A program made the position numbers and the translations under genes. Of a stretch of 64,000 nt of DNA, positions 26,326 through 39,190 are shown piece after piece (within the stretch, counting starts at the first letter, position 1; each line of letters opens with the position of its first letter). Below the pieces are notes generated by a model that saw only the letters and a program-made list of their open reading frames with translations, did no database searches and had not been told where the DNA came from. This DNA comes from Callorhinchus milii (lineage: Eukaryota), in NCBI RefSeq assembly GCF_018977255.1, contig NW_024704748.1:18476001-18540000 (forward strand). Direction: 5' to 3'.

Positions 26326-29300
26326 ATTGGATCACTGCACCTGCATCAATGGTCTATTTATCACCTACTGTGGACAACTTTAATGCACAATTGTACAACT
26401 GAAAGTTGAGAAGCAATTAGCAGCAGACTCTATCTGAATGCCAAGTATTCAGATAGCCAAGCCAAGCAGCACGACAACTGATCCAGGCAATTAAATGTAG
26501 GAAAAATCTAACGATGCCTGTTTTTGGTCCGAAACGAGCTGAAGATGTTGCTGTTAAATCTTAACCGTCAAAGCAAAACACTTAATCAGACCCGATCAAG
26601 AGGTCAATCTTCTGTCAATTGTAATAGCTGATTTTCTTCATGCCAATAAAGCAAATGTAGGTTTAATTGCATTATACTCAACACTTTTCAATGATTCAAT
26701 AATCATTGAAAGCTGTTGAGTATAATGCAATTAACTGCTAAGTTAAATGTATCAGCCCAAGTTTTGCTCTGGGAAGATAACACAGCAGAGATTGGTATTC
26801 CACAGCATAGGTGTGTATTCTCACACAATTTTTATCTTCTAGCAACAGCAAGCAGTTACAATATGTGATGTCTACTTGATGGTGTTCTGCCTGTTTGTTT
26901 AGTCCAGGTTTGCCAGCCATTCCCAATAGAAAGGATGACATAAAATACTGTTCTAGCGTGCAGTTGGATTCCTGCCCAATGAAGAGCAGGACATAACCAT
27001 AAGAGAGAGGACTGGAGGTTTAACAGAATGACAATAGGAGGATTTACTTGCTTTTGCTCTACTAACATTGCAAAAGTGAGAAGTTAGGAAATAGGTCAAT
27101 AATTATGATGATTTACAAACTCAATGATTGCCTTTGCATAGTGGTTCAGTGGTGGTTGTCATTGTAAATTAATTATACATATAGCTGATCTGAAAAGCAC
27201 TAAGAATATACAGAGTAATATTTTACAGTGCAAAAACCAAGACTGTATGTTAATTGTCCAAAAACTCATTGTATGTTTCATGTCAACTTTGGCATGAGTT
27301 TAATATTGTGTTTATGCATTTTTCTTTAGAGTGCAGCTCAGTGAAATTTACAGGCCAATCTGAAAACTCTGACATCTAAACATGTTCTTATAAATAAATC
27401 AGACATAAGTTCACTTCTTTTCAATTGATGATTCTTCAGAGGACCCTGGATGGAGATTAAGAGTGAGAACCTTGATTTTTCACTAAACCATTTAAGGTCA
27501 ATTGCAATGTCCTCACTATTACCATGGCTGAGATCTGCTAATTCAGCACAGACAGGATATGAACTCAAGACATTCAATTTCTGTTAACTCAGCATTTTTT
27601 TCTTGAAGACCAGTCTTAACAAAAAATAAGTCACAATATATATATTTATATACACATCTATTGGGTGTAATAATTATTTTGTCTATGCCCAAGTTACTAC
27701 TGTAGATACAAATATTAAAAAAGTAAGTGCTGACAATAAGGTTGACATAGTCAGAACAGGAGTAGAGTTAATTCATGGTAAAAAAGGCAGATAGGGAGAA
27801 GGAAGTAAAAAAAAATCAAGTTAAGAAAAAATTGGAAGGCTGTTAGAATAGGGACAAATGATATAAGAGGAGGAATCATGAGCAGGCAGAAAATATGTAG
27901 AAATATCAATAAGGTGATAACATGTTACAGTATTAATTAAACAAAGCAAGAGTAACAATAAAAANGAGATAGAAAACGAGAGTTGTAATGTTTAAACTAA
28001 TTGATTTTCATGACATGAAAATAATGGGAAGGTTAGCAGGATCGCATGATTACATCCAAGCAATAGAATATTTAGAAAAAGATTTGAATTAATATATCTC
28101 ATCCTTTATTGGTTTATCGTATTGATCCATTTGGTCTGGGCAAGTGCTGTATATGTTTTTGTAGTTCAATGTAAATGAAGCACATACTGTATATGTGAGA
28201 TGGTGCAAGTTTCCACGTGTTTTAAAAAAACATCATTTGGTAAGACTGTTGCTAACTTTTTTGGAGAGGGGTGTGGGGGGTACTTATTTAACACGTGTCT
28301 TCTGTTCAATTGGACATTAAAGTTCCCATGGTACTATTCAAAAAGATAAGGGAGTTTCTTCTAGTTTCCTGGCCAAGAGTCTGCCAGATACAATTCACTT
28401 CATGGTTGTTTGTTGCATTTTAACAATTGATTATCTCAGTAAGACTTTCAATTTTAGGCAGTTTTGCTCTGGGAACTTGTTTAGGTTGGGGAATTAGTTT
28501 GAATCAATTCCTGCCTCATTTTACACCCACAAGAGAGAAGGATTTCAATCCCATCAATCTGGGTTGGATTACATTTCAATTACCACATTAATTTTATTTT
28601 TAATACCTATTTTACTCATGTTATCATTGCAATACATTTCAAATGAAGCTTGTATATAATGATGCAATATATATGGAACTGTAAATATAATATTCAAGGT
28701 GCAAAATGTGTGTTGAAGGTTTTCAGTGGTTAAATTTAAATCAGGTTTTATCTTGTGTCCTGGAGCTAACCGAATTAGTGCCTGAGGGTAAGAAGGAATA
28801 ACCTGGGATCTGGCATATTGATAATGTGCAAAGCTGTGTTAGCCTCAATACAATGACCTGTAGAAGTGTTAGTTGGAATCTAATCTTTTCAAACAGAGAA
28901 AGACTAACTTCACTTAAAAATATCAGAATCTTGAAGCAAATTACACACAGGTGCACATGTACAAACAAACAAATATTCCCGCATTGGTGAATAATATTCA
29001 CTGCAACTGAATGTGGAGGAACAAAATCAGCATTAAATGTGAAATGCATGGATGGAAGAGATCACTAAAATGTGATTACTTAAATATCTTGTTTTCTTTT
29101 GAAAAGTAATAACATATTACTGTGTTTGTGGGACATTGTGTGCAATTTGGCTGCCATGTTCACACACAAAATACACACAGCCACATTACTTTACAGTATT
29201 ATCCTGTGAAGATCCTTGAGACGTCTCAACAATGTGATAAGATGCTATTTCAAACGCAAAGATTATCGTATTGTATTAACTCGGCTTCAATTTATTTTAT

Positions 29301-29330
29301 TTTCCTAATGGTTTTCATTGCTGTAAACAG

Positions 29331-29491
29331 GAACACTTTTGGTGGACAATATGCAGATTAAGGGGACAGCAGGTGGCCCAAGTCCTACCATCGCCTTATT
29401 GTTGCGAGATAACCATGACTTCTGGGTGATTCTGGATGCTGTCAATCAAAGGCTGTATTTGAACAGCACAGGCCGTGTTCTGGACAGAGAT
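29331..29491 (+). CDS. PCDH15: PCDH15 exon 4 (161 nt): [53 protein letters not shown]
   Basis: aaacag| and |gtaagt flanks; overlaps ORF 29339..29572; contains the EC1 LDRD motif. Confidence 0.97.
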
Positions 29492-30540
29492 GTAAGTTAT
29501 ATTTACAGTTTCAAATGTTTCAATATTAAAATGTCACAAATTTTTATAACATTTTCACATTATCTTCTATAAATTCCTTGCATTGCCACCCACAGAGATT
29601 TCCATTTCTAGGTGGGGCTCATGGAACTCTGTCTCATTTGAATACTCTTAAACATGGTGATGAGTGTCAGATATGTGTCAGATACCCAGCTGACCATAAA
29701 AATATACTCAGAGTGCCTCCACACAAAATTAATGTATTCTTTTATAATCTGTGGAGGAATCGCTGGTCATTTTGACTTTTTAATTTTAAACCTTTGCTTT
29801 ACAGTTTTGTTCTCATGGTCTTAAGTCATGTATATGTGGCTGGCATCCTGTTAAAGATCTGAGGAATGTCTCTCCCTCAATATGCTTTGAAATAATAAAA
29901 GCAAGTTCAGCTCAACATGTTTCTCCCTATAACCTAGAGCTCTAAAATTTTGAATTACTCTTGTTATTGTTTCCTATGCCCAATCCAAATGACGTTTAAA
30001 GATAGGGTACCCAAAACTTCACACAATATTTCATTTAGACACACAAAATACACAGTCAACCCACTTTACAATCCATTCTATGAAGCGCTTTGAGAAGTCT
30101 CAATGACATGATATGGCACTGTATCAAATGCAAGGAATATTATTATTCACAGTAAAGTACCTTCAGATAGCAATTTTGCCAAAAGGAAATTGGTAACAAT
30201 GTTTCAAAATAAAAACTGATGCAGGGCTATTTTTTAAAAAAAAAGACATATTGGTTTTTCGGTTGTAATTCTAAATCTCTGACCCTACACTGCAGGTGTC
30301 AAAAAATCACTAACCTTCCATTATTGTATGCACAATTAAGGCTGAAACACAGCTTTGACATTTTGAAGCCTTGCTGAATGAAGCATGACATTTCCTAGAG
30401 ACTCAATCCATATCCCCACTAGCTTCAGCTTTGTTTCCCTCGTCGAAATTAACTGGCAGGAAAGCATCAGCGTTAAATGTAAAAATTAACCATGGCTCTG
30501 AAATTGAAAGAAGTAGTAAACAATTGACAACAATCATAGA

Positions 30541-30855
30541 ATGATAATAATAATCCTTGCATTTGATATAGCGCTTTTCACGTCTTCTAGACGTCTCAAA
30601 GCGCTTCACAGAATATGCTGTAAAGTGAATGGACCGTATATTTGTGGGCGAAACGCGGCAGCCAATTGCGCACAGCAGTGTACCACAAACAGTCGGGGAT
30701 TAAAAATTACCAATTTATTATTGTTTTGTTTTGGAGAGATTATTATTAGGCGTGTGGAGTAAGGAAACTTGCCCAAGGTTTTACCCTGCCTGGAATTGAA
30801 CCCAGGCGTCTCGCTTGCAAGGCGAGTGCTCAACCACTGAGCTACAGGACTCCAT
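30541..30855 (-). mobile_element. tRNA-derived SINE, full length
   Basis: Reverse complement of the 2731 family, including A/B boxes and the (ATT)n tail. Confidence 0.92.
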
Positions 30856-31020
30856 ATCATAGAATTATACAGCACAGAAGGTGGCCATTTGGCCTATCAT
30901 GTCTTTGCCAGCTCTTTGAAAAGAGTTATCCAAATCAATCCCATTCCCCCGCTCTTTCCCCATATCCCTGCAAATGTTTCCTTTTCAAGTACCTATCTTA
31001 TTCCCTTTTGAAATTTTTTT
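30856..31020 (-). mobile_element. CR1 LINE 3' tail fragment
   Basis: atcatagaattatacagcacagaaggtggccatttggcc..., similar to the copy at 18190. Confidence 0.8.
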
Positions 31021-31336
31021 ATTGATTTACTCTTGGTTTTCTCTTAGGTGTTGAATTTCTCATAATGAATGTAAATAGAGGACAATCAAAGATTTGAAGT
31101 TTAGACAAAATTATACTAAAGTTTAATCTAGATCATATTGGGTCAAAATAGCCATATTTTTCATTAAGGTGATAGGAATAAGTTGTCTTTAATCTTCAGA
31201 ACTGCTTACTTATTTTGCATATTTCTTTTTGATGATTAAAAGATTCTTACCGTCTTTTTTTAATGAGACTTGTTTCACAGGAAAGAATCCAAAATATTTT
31301 CAGTTAAAGTCTCTCTTTTTGTTTCATTGTCAACAG

Positions 31337-31492
31337 CCTCCATCAAATATCCAGTCCATTGTGGTACAGCTGCAATGCACTAATCTGCAAGTCGGAAGCA
31401 TCATCAACCATGAAATACGAATTATAGTCAGAGACCGAAATGATAACTCTCCACAGTTTCAACATCCACAATACTATGTGGCAATAAATGAG
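31337..31492 (+). CDS. PCDH15: PCDH15 exon 5 (156 nt): [52 protein letters not shown]
   Basis: caacag| and |gttggt flanks; lies within ORF 31229..31519; DRNDN is the DxNDN calcium linker. Confidence 0.97.
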
Positions 31493-31759
31493 GTTGGTGT
31501 GCTCAGTGAAATACTTTAGTAATTTTTCAGTGGTTTATAAATTATACATTTCCACGTTTCCCTGTATTTGTGGAGGTTTGAGTACCTCACTGCACAACGA
31601 TTAGGTTGTTTACTATGCATCCTGCACCATTTGCTAAAGTGGCTCACTGGGTATTTCTGATTAATGAAGCAGCTTGTGAAAAAATATTCTGTGTTGCACG
31701 TCTGGAACTACACATCTGTCCAGCTACTGCTCCATCTCTAACCTCCCAATCCTCTCCAA

Positions 31760-33027
31760 GGTCCCAGCTCCACTCCTTTCTTTGTCGCCATTCCCTCTAT
31801 GAACTCCTCCAATCCAACTTCCGTGCTGCCCATAGCATGGAAACAGCCCTGGTCAAAGTCAGTAATGACATTCTGAACATTTGTGATCAGGGCTCCCTCT
31901 GCCTCCTTGTCATCCTCAACCTCTCTGCCTCTTTGGCACTGTCGACCACTCCATCCTCATACACTTCCTCTGCTCTTTACTTAATCTTCGCGGACCTGCC
32001 CTTGCCTGGTTCAATTCCTATCTCTCTCACCGTTTCCACTTTTTGCCTCTAACGGTTTCTCCTCCAGGCCCCTCACTGTCACATCTGGCATCCCCCAGGG
32101 CTCTGTCTTTGGTCCTCTCCTCCTTAATATCTAAAATCTATCCCCTTGGTGACATCATCCGCAGACATGGGGTCAACTTCCATATGTAAGCAGATGACAC
32201 CCAACTCTATCTTTCTGCCTCCACACTCAACTCCAGGACCACTGCTGTCCTGGCAGATTGCCTGTTGGACAACAATTCACCAAGCCAGTCAGGAACCTAG
32301 GTGTCTTGTTTGACCCTCAACTGTCTTTTCTTCCCCACATCCAAGCCATGGTCTGCTCTGCCTTCCCTCACCTCCGTAAATTTGCCCAACTCCACCACTA
32401 CTTCACCCCTCAGGCCGCCTAAACTCTTGTTCATACCTTCATCACCTCCAGGCTCGACTATGCAAACATCCTGCTTGTCGGCCTTCCCAACTCCTCCCCT
32501 CCACAGGCTGCAGATAATCCAGAACTCTGCAGCCCGTGTCCTCTCCCGCACCAAACTCCGAGACCCCATCTCCCCTATTCTCACCCAACTCCATTGGCTC
32601 CCTATCCTTCGGAGGATCCAGTTCAAGATCCTGGTCCTCACATACAAAGCCCTCCATGGTCTCACCCCATTCTACCTCTGCGACCTCCTAACCCCCTGGC
32701 AACCCGCCGCTCCCTCCACTCAGCCGGCTCAGGCCTGCTCCATGTCCCCCGACCCACCCGCCCCATCATTGGCGGGAGAGCCTTCAGCCACTCTGCCCCC
32801 AACCTCTGGAATTGCATTCCCCAATCACTCCGCCTCGCCCCCTCCTTAGCCTCCTTCAAGTCCCGCCTCAAGATCCTCCTCTTCGACCATGCCATCGGTC
32901 ACCCCCCTTCCCCTCCCCTCCTTTCTCCCCCCTGACCCCAGCTCGGGTCTGAAATGCGGTACATTGTCCAGGCCTTGGGACGTCCTTTCGACGTGAAATT
33001 CGCTATACAAATGTAATCTTGTTGTTG
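31760..33027 (+). mobile_element. L2 LINE, 5'-truncated with internal deletion
   Basis: Collinear with about 24945-26325, lacking about 25460-25580; same RT motifs and tail. Confidence 0.95.
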
Positions 33028-33740
33028 AAACCAATGACAATATTGTAATTGAAATCCTTGAAATATCACAAATGCTTCTGTATTTTGCAAAATATTCTGA
33101 TTCTGTCATAACTGGTATAGTGTTACTATAATGCTGCCTGCTGCGTGTACCCAGCGACTTCTGTTTTTATTTAATATAATGTTGATGTTTGAAGCAAACT
33201 ATCTCATGAGGCAAAGTTATGCTGCCACTGGTGTAAACTAATGCTGTGCCCACAAAATATACAGTCATTTCACTTTACAGTATATTCTGTGAGGTGCTTT
33301 GAGATGTCTTGAAGATGTGATAAGGCGCTATATCAAATCCAAGGATTAGTATTATATGTTTAGGATACAAATATTCAGTATGTTGAGTTTGCTTCAGTGG
33401 TTTGGCAAGTTTAAATTTGCAAATGATTCAATTCAATTGTGTTGGGCACCTAATAAGCGATGCAAATGTTAATTATTTAAGTTATTCATTTCCTATTTAA
33501 GTGTCATTCATTGTTAAGTTTGGAAATCACATAGGGATACTTTCCCCTTTAAATGATTTTTTGTCTTCACTCATGTGACTTCCCCTAAAATAATAATTAA
33601 AGCATGAAATTAAATACCACTGTTTGAGCCAACTAATTTCTCTGCCAGCAGTTGGTTGATCTGCTTCCTCTCAGACCGTTCACAGTTGAAAAGTAAAAGA
33701 AACTGGTGAAATCTGGGCAAATTGTGGCCTGTCAGGCAGT

Positions 33741-35465
33741 AACATACCAAAAATAGAGGACCAAGAAGACAATGTTAGCGAGCAACTTAGGGAGATTAAC
33801 ATTAGTAAAGAGATGAATTGTCGAATCTTAAAACCGATAAATCCCCTGGACCGGATGGCCTGCATCCGAGAGTTTTAAAGGAGGTGGCTACTGAGATAGT
33901 GGATGGCATGTCTATAATCTTCCAAAAGTCTGTGGGTACTGGAAAAGTTCCCATTGATTGGAAGATTGCAAACGTATCTCCACTATTTAAGAAGGGTGGG
34001 AGAAAAAATAGGGAAAACTATAGACCAGTTAGTTTGACGTCAGTTGTAGGGAAAATTCTTGAGTCCTTAATAAAAGACATAGTTATGGGATACCTGGAAG
34101 ACCATAAAAAGATTAGGCAGAGTCAACATGGCTTTACAAAAGGGAAGTCATGCTTGACTAACCTTTTAGAATTTTTTGAGGATGTATCCAGCAGGTTGGA
34201 TAAGGGGGAACCAGTAGATGTGGTATATTTGGATTTTAGGAAGGCATTTGACAAGGTGCCACACAAAAGGCTGTTACTCAAGATCAAGGCCCACGGGATT
34301 AATGGGAAAATATTAACATGGATAGAAGAGTGGCTATCGGGTAGAAAGCAAAGAGTAGTGATAAACGGATCATTCTCGAATTGGCAGGATGTAACTAGTG
34401 GAGTGCCACAAGGATCAGTGCTTGGGCCTCAGCTATTTACCATTTACATCAATGATCTGGACGAGGACATTGAATGTAATGTGTCTAAATTCGCGGATGA
34501 TACTAAACTAGGTAGCAGAGTGAGATCTCAGGATGATGCAAAAAGATTGCAACAAGATATAGATAGGCTCGGGGAGTGGGCAAGTAGGTGGCAGATGGAA
34601 TTCAATGCTAGCAAGTGTGAAATTATTCACCTAGGTAGCAAGAATAAAAGAACAGATTATTTTCTGGAAGGGGAGAAGTTAGATAGTGTTAGTATTCAAA
34701 GAGATTTGGGTGTCCTTATACACCAGTCCCAAAAAGTTAGTTTGCAGGTGTGGAAAGTGTGGGAATGTTGTTCACCTTTGGGCAATGTTGTTCATCTTTG
34801 CAGCAAGCAACTAAGAAGGCGAACGGCATGTTAGAGTTCATTTCGAAAGGTTTAGAATATAAGAGTAGGGAAGTCTTGCTGCAACTGTATAGGGCTTTGG
34901 TGAGACCACACCTAGAGTATTGTGTGCAGTTTTGGTCTCCTTATTTAAAAAAGGACATACTTGCCCTAAAGGGGGTGCAGCGTAGATTCACTCAGTTAGT
35001 TCCTGGGATGAGGGGACTGACCTATGAGGATAGGCTGAATAAACTAGGGCTATATTCTCTAGGGTACAGAAGAATTAGGGGGGATCTTATTGAAACTTGT
35101 AAGATTCTTAAAGGGCTGGATAAAGTAGACACAGAAGGACTGTTTCCCCTGGTAGGAGAATTCATAACCAGGGGTCACAGTCTTAAAATTAAGGGTCAGC
35201 CTCTTAGAACAGAGTTGAGGAAACATTTCTTCACTCAGAGGGTAGTGAACTTATGGAATTCACTACCCCAGAAGGCTGTAGATGCTCAGTCCTTGAACAT
35301 TTTCAAGGCTGAGACTGATAGATTCTTGAAAAATAGAGGTATTAGGGGATATGGGGATAGGGCAGATAATCAGAAGATCAGCCATGATCTTATTGAATGG
35401 CGGAGCAGGCACGAAGGGCCGAATGGCCTACGCCTGCTCCTAATTCTTATGTTCTTATGTTCTTA
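33741..35465 (+). mobile_element. CR1 LINE, 5'-truncated, near-intact RT domain
   Basis: ORFs 33818..34834 and 34750..35466 contain KSPGPDG, NYRPVSLTS, YLDFRKAFDKVPH, GVPQGSVLGP and FADDTK; (TTCTTATG)n tail. Confidence 0.97.
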
Positions 35466-35581
35466 AATTATACATCTTAAGATTTGCACAGACAGTCAGA
35501 AGCTAATGGATAGAATTGGTATACTTTTAGAAATTCTTTGCATGTGATTAATTTGAAGAAAAAAATACCATACGTTCAAAT

Positions 35582-35997
35582 CAACAACAACAACAAAATT
35601 ACATTTAGAGAGCGCCTTTCACATCGTGAGGACGTCCCAAGACGCTGGACAGTCAGGGGTCAGGAGGGGTGAGGTAGGGGTGAGGGAAGGCAGAGAGGTG
35701 GGAGGGCAACTAAGAGGGTCTCGAGACCGGCCTTGAAGGAGGCAAGGGAGGAAGTGAGACGAAGATGAGGGAGTGATGGAGTCTGACAATGTAGCGAGGG
35801 GGCGGTAGGCAGTGCCAGTCATGGCGCGGATGTGGGGGAGAAAGGACAGTTCAGGGTCAAACAAGACACCCAGGTTCCTGACTGGCGTAGTGAGGTGAGT
35901 GTGCAGCCATGGAGGCTGATGCAGCCAGTGCCCAAGGTGCGGAGGCGCTGGCGCGAGCCAATCAGCAGGGCCTCGGTCTTACTGACGTTGAGTTGGA
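35582..35997 (-). mobile_element. L2 LINE fragments (3' tail joined to an internal piece)
   Basis: (CAA)n plus reverse-complement tail; the minus strand reads RNLGVLFDPELSFLPHI. Confidence 0.85.
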
Positions 35998-36501
35998 TAT
36001 GAGTTCTATGAACTCAGAGCAAATTATCCGGCCTCATGATATTAAAATTCTTTCCCTGCTGATTTTTTTTCCTTAAAATAACTGTTCATTTTAAATATAT
36101 GTATATATATCATTCATCTTGTATAGTTTAATAATTTAGTTTCCAATGATTTGGAAAGGCATCCTTCAACTAAATTGCAGCCTCCCCTCGTTTTTAATAT
36201 CCTTTCCAATTTTATGCAGATTATTACGTTTGATCATTTAAATTGATGATCTCTCTGCAGTTTTAAACTGCGTCGTAAGGAGATAAAAACAACCCTGTAG
36301 ACCACACTCTTTAAGACTCCAATTCAGGGCTTGCCAATCACAGTATTGATATTGATCTTACTGTGATTTCATGAGAACATTTATTATTAGAAAGAAGATA
36401 ATTTTGGTAGAGTGATGCCAATCAGTCTCCTACAGAATGTCCCTCTGGAATCCATTAAGCTTGAATTAATATCTTACAAAACAGGATAAACTGGATATAT
36501 T

Positions 36502-36808
36502 GTGGAGTCCTGTAGCTCAGTCATTATAGCACTCGCCTTGCAAGCGAGAGACCTGGGTTTGATTCCTTGCAGGGCAAACATTGAGCAAGTTTCCTTATTG
36601 ATAATAATCCCTCAAGAAAGAAAAACAATAATAAAATTGGTCACTTCAATCCACAACTGTTTGTGGGATACTGCTGTGCACAATTGGCTGCCGTGTTTTG
36701 CACACAAATATACAGTCAATTCACTTTACAGTACATTCTGTGAAGCGCTTTGAGATGTCTCAAAGACGTGAAAAGCGCTATATGAAAATCAAAGAATTTT
36801 TTTATTAT
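36502..36808 (+). mobile_element. tRNA-derived SINE, full length
   Basis: gtggagtcctgtagctcag head with the shared body and tail. Confidence 0.9.
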
Positions 36809-36999
36809 ATATAGAATTCAGAATGGAGAACACAAAAACAATTCCTCTTCAAGCGTAGTATTTCCCAGCCATTGTAATATATCAGTACATAATGATGCCT
36901 CAGAATGTGTTATTAACCCAGAAAGACTAGGAAAATTAAAAGCTTGGTCTCCAATGATCTGTCTTAGTTTCACAATTTAGCTTCAATACCTTGGTTAGG

Positions 37000-37240
37000 G
37001 AAATACCAGACAGAGTTCCTGCTTTCAATTTATATTCAGAGATGTGCTAGAAAGTCTGGGTTTTCATGGAAGAAGCAAGAAGCAGACTCATCTTTGATGG
37101 ATCTCGTAGTTACATTGTTTACAGCTACTCAGTGTCCAGGCTAGCAAATGAAAAATGTTTTTTTTGGCCGATGTACCATAGAGCAGAAGGTGTACTTGTA
37201 GTAGAAGCTGCCATGAGACCAAAGTTTCAGGAGAAAAACA
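37000..37240 (+). mobile_element. LF-SINE-like ancient SINE, 3' part
   Basis: cagagttcctgct...actcagtgtccaggct...tttcaggagaaaa resembles the recalled LF-SINE-type repeat of sharks; highly diverged. Confidence 0.45.
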
Positions 37241-37938
37241 AGTAATATCACAATGCATTAATAGGGTTTGGAAACATCTACCTGTTATTTTCCTTCATTG
37301 TAAATGGAATAGAAGATACTTGGTTTTGTCTGTAGTGCACATGTAATATGTGTTCATACGTTAACTACTTTAATTTTTACATCACAATGCAATCAACAAT
37401 CTGATCCATGCCATATTGATTTAGATAAAGTGTATATATTCTGCATTCCGGTTTAGTTCTTGGAGCACATTCCTCTCTGATTAATTTTGATCAATCGCAA
37501 AACATGAAAAGTATTGTGTGAGATTTTGTGGCTCATTGTGGAATATAGATATACTTGGCCATTGTAATACCAGTAAGGAATATGACTATTGACCCACCAC
37601 AAGATTGTCAAGGAACTGGATGAAGATTAATGGGAAATGAATATGCTTCATCTGACCACCGAGAATAAAAACTCTTTTTCAATCTATTATTGGATTGCTA
37701 CGTCTGGAAATCGGATGTTTTTCACAACCTTGTAAAGAAATTAAAAATGAACATATATCGCCAGTCTGTGGGAAATATGTAGATGGCTGCTGGTACCTCT
37801 GCAACTTTATCTTGATCTTCAGAAGAGTGGTGAAATACTAGAAACAGAGAAAATTATACAGAGCCAAGGCATCCATCCATCCAAACAATTCAAGAAAGCG
37901 GTAGTTTAGAATAATTTAAATCCAGTAAAGGAACTGTC

Positions 37939-38380
37939 ATAATAATAATAATCCTTGCATATGATATAGCTCCTTATATTATTGAGACATCTCAAACCTC
38001 TTCATAGGATATACCGTAAAGTGGATTCACTATGTATGTTATGGATGAAATATGATAGTACTGCCCCAGAAACAGCCATAGAGTGAGTGACCAATTTTAT
38101 TTGGGGGATTGTTGGCCAGGACATTGGGAGAAAATCCCTTCTCTTTTTGAATAGCACCAGGGATTCTTTTACATCCACCTGAACTGGCCAGTGGGACTTT
38201 GGTTTAACGTCTCATCCGAAGGATGGCACTTCTGACAATACATCACATAGTCTAAGTTGAACTCCAGTAATGCACTGCATTGTTGGGGTGTCAACTTAGA
38301 CTATGTGATTCCAAGTCCCGAAGTGGGGCTTGAACCCACAACCTTCTGACTCAGAGGCAAGAATGCTGCCACTATGCCTG
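37939..38380 (-). mobile_element. Deu-domain SINE, near full length
   Basis: ggggcttgaacccacaaccttctgactcagagg head, ggtttaacgtctcatccgaaggatggcac Deu core and (TAA)n tail, in reverse orientation. Confidence 0.85.
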
Positions 38381-39021
38381 GCTACCATACTGTTAGACAT
38401 TATTATAAAACAATTGTACGTTGTGGGCATGCTGAGATATATCTACTCAATTTAGCTAAGTAGTAATCTGACAAATGGTATCTAGCTATAAATAGATTTA
38501 TAGACAAATATACTGTCAATTCACTTTACAGTATATTCCGTGAAGCGCTTTGAGACATCTCAAAGACGTGATAAGGCACTATATCAAATGCAAGTATTAT
38601 TGTTATTTTAAAAACTTGTAACTATTGTTCCTGATCCAGATAGTGGTCCCATCTGCTCACGATCAGTCATCGTCACTAGAATACATGGTTGATGATTTGG
38701 AAAGGTGGCTTTATAGTAAATGTTGATATTTGTGCAGGGTGACGTTTTCCGTACGTGTAAGTCTGTTTATTATCAAAGGGACAGGGATATTAGTCCAACA
38801 TTAGAATGCAAGAAGTAGCTATACCTACTCATTTATTCCAGATTAAAATGGGGTTTATCTGGGGAACACATCTTCATACTTAGATTAGTGAAAAAGGTTT
38901 ATAAAACTTGGCTTTCTTAAAGATTCTGAGCTCCAGTTTGCAAACTAAATCTGGTTTCCCATCACCGGGTAGATGCTCTTTCCAAATCTAATGCTTCATA
39001 TAAAATCAAGTTTTTGAGAGG

Positions 39022-39190
39022 AAAATTGCCTTTGGCTTTAGTACAGCTTGCAGGATCAATGAGCTGCATGCTGCAAGCTCTAAAGATTGCTGCCTTATTT
39101 GATATGAGAGTAAGTCAGTGTCAAAACCTCAGTCTAAATTTCTGTTTACGTTAGTGGCTGAATTCCATATTGTTCAAGAAATTTGTTCTG
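39022..39190 (+). mobile_element. Decayed DIRS-type tyrosine recombinase fragment
   Basis: Translates to KIAFGFSTACRINELHAASSKDCCLI*YESKSVSKPQSKFLFTLVAEFHIVQEI, resembling the DIRS1 recombinase box I region (ARRVSELHALS...PKFLPKVVSEFH..QEI). Confidence 0.6.

Noticed and set aside
33818-35466. Longest ORFs in the window (338 and 238 aa) as a host gene or a novel RT system
   Set aside because: This is ordinary CR1 ORF2, 5'-truncated, lacking the endonuclease domain and frameshifted.
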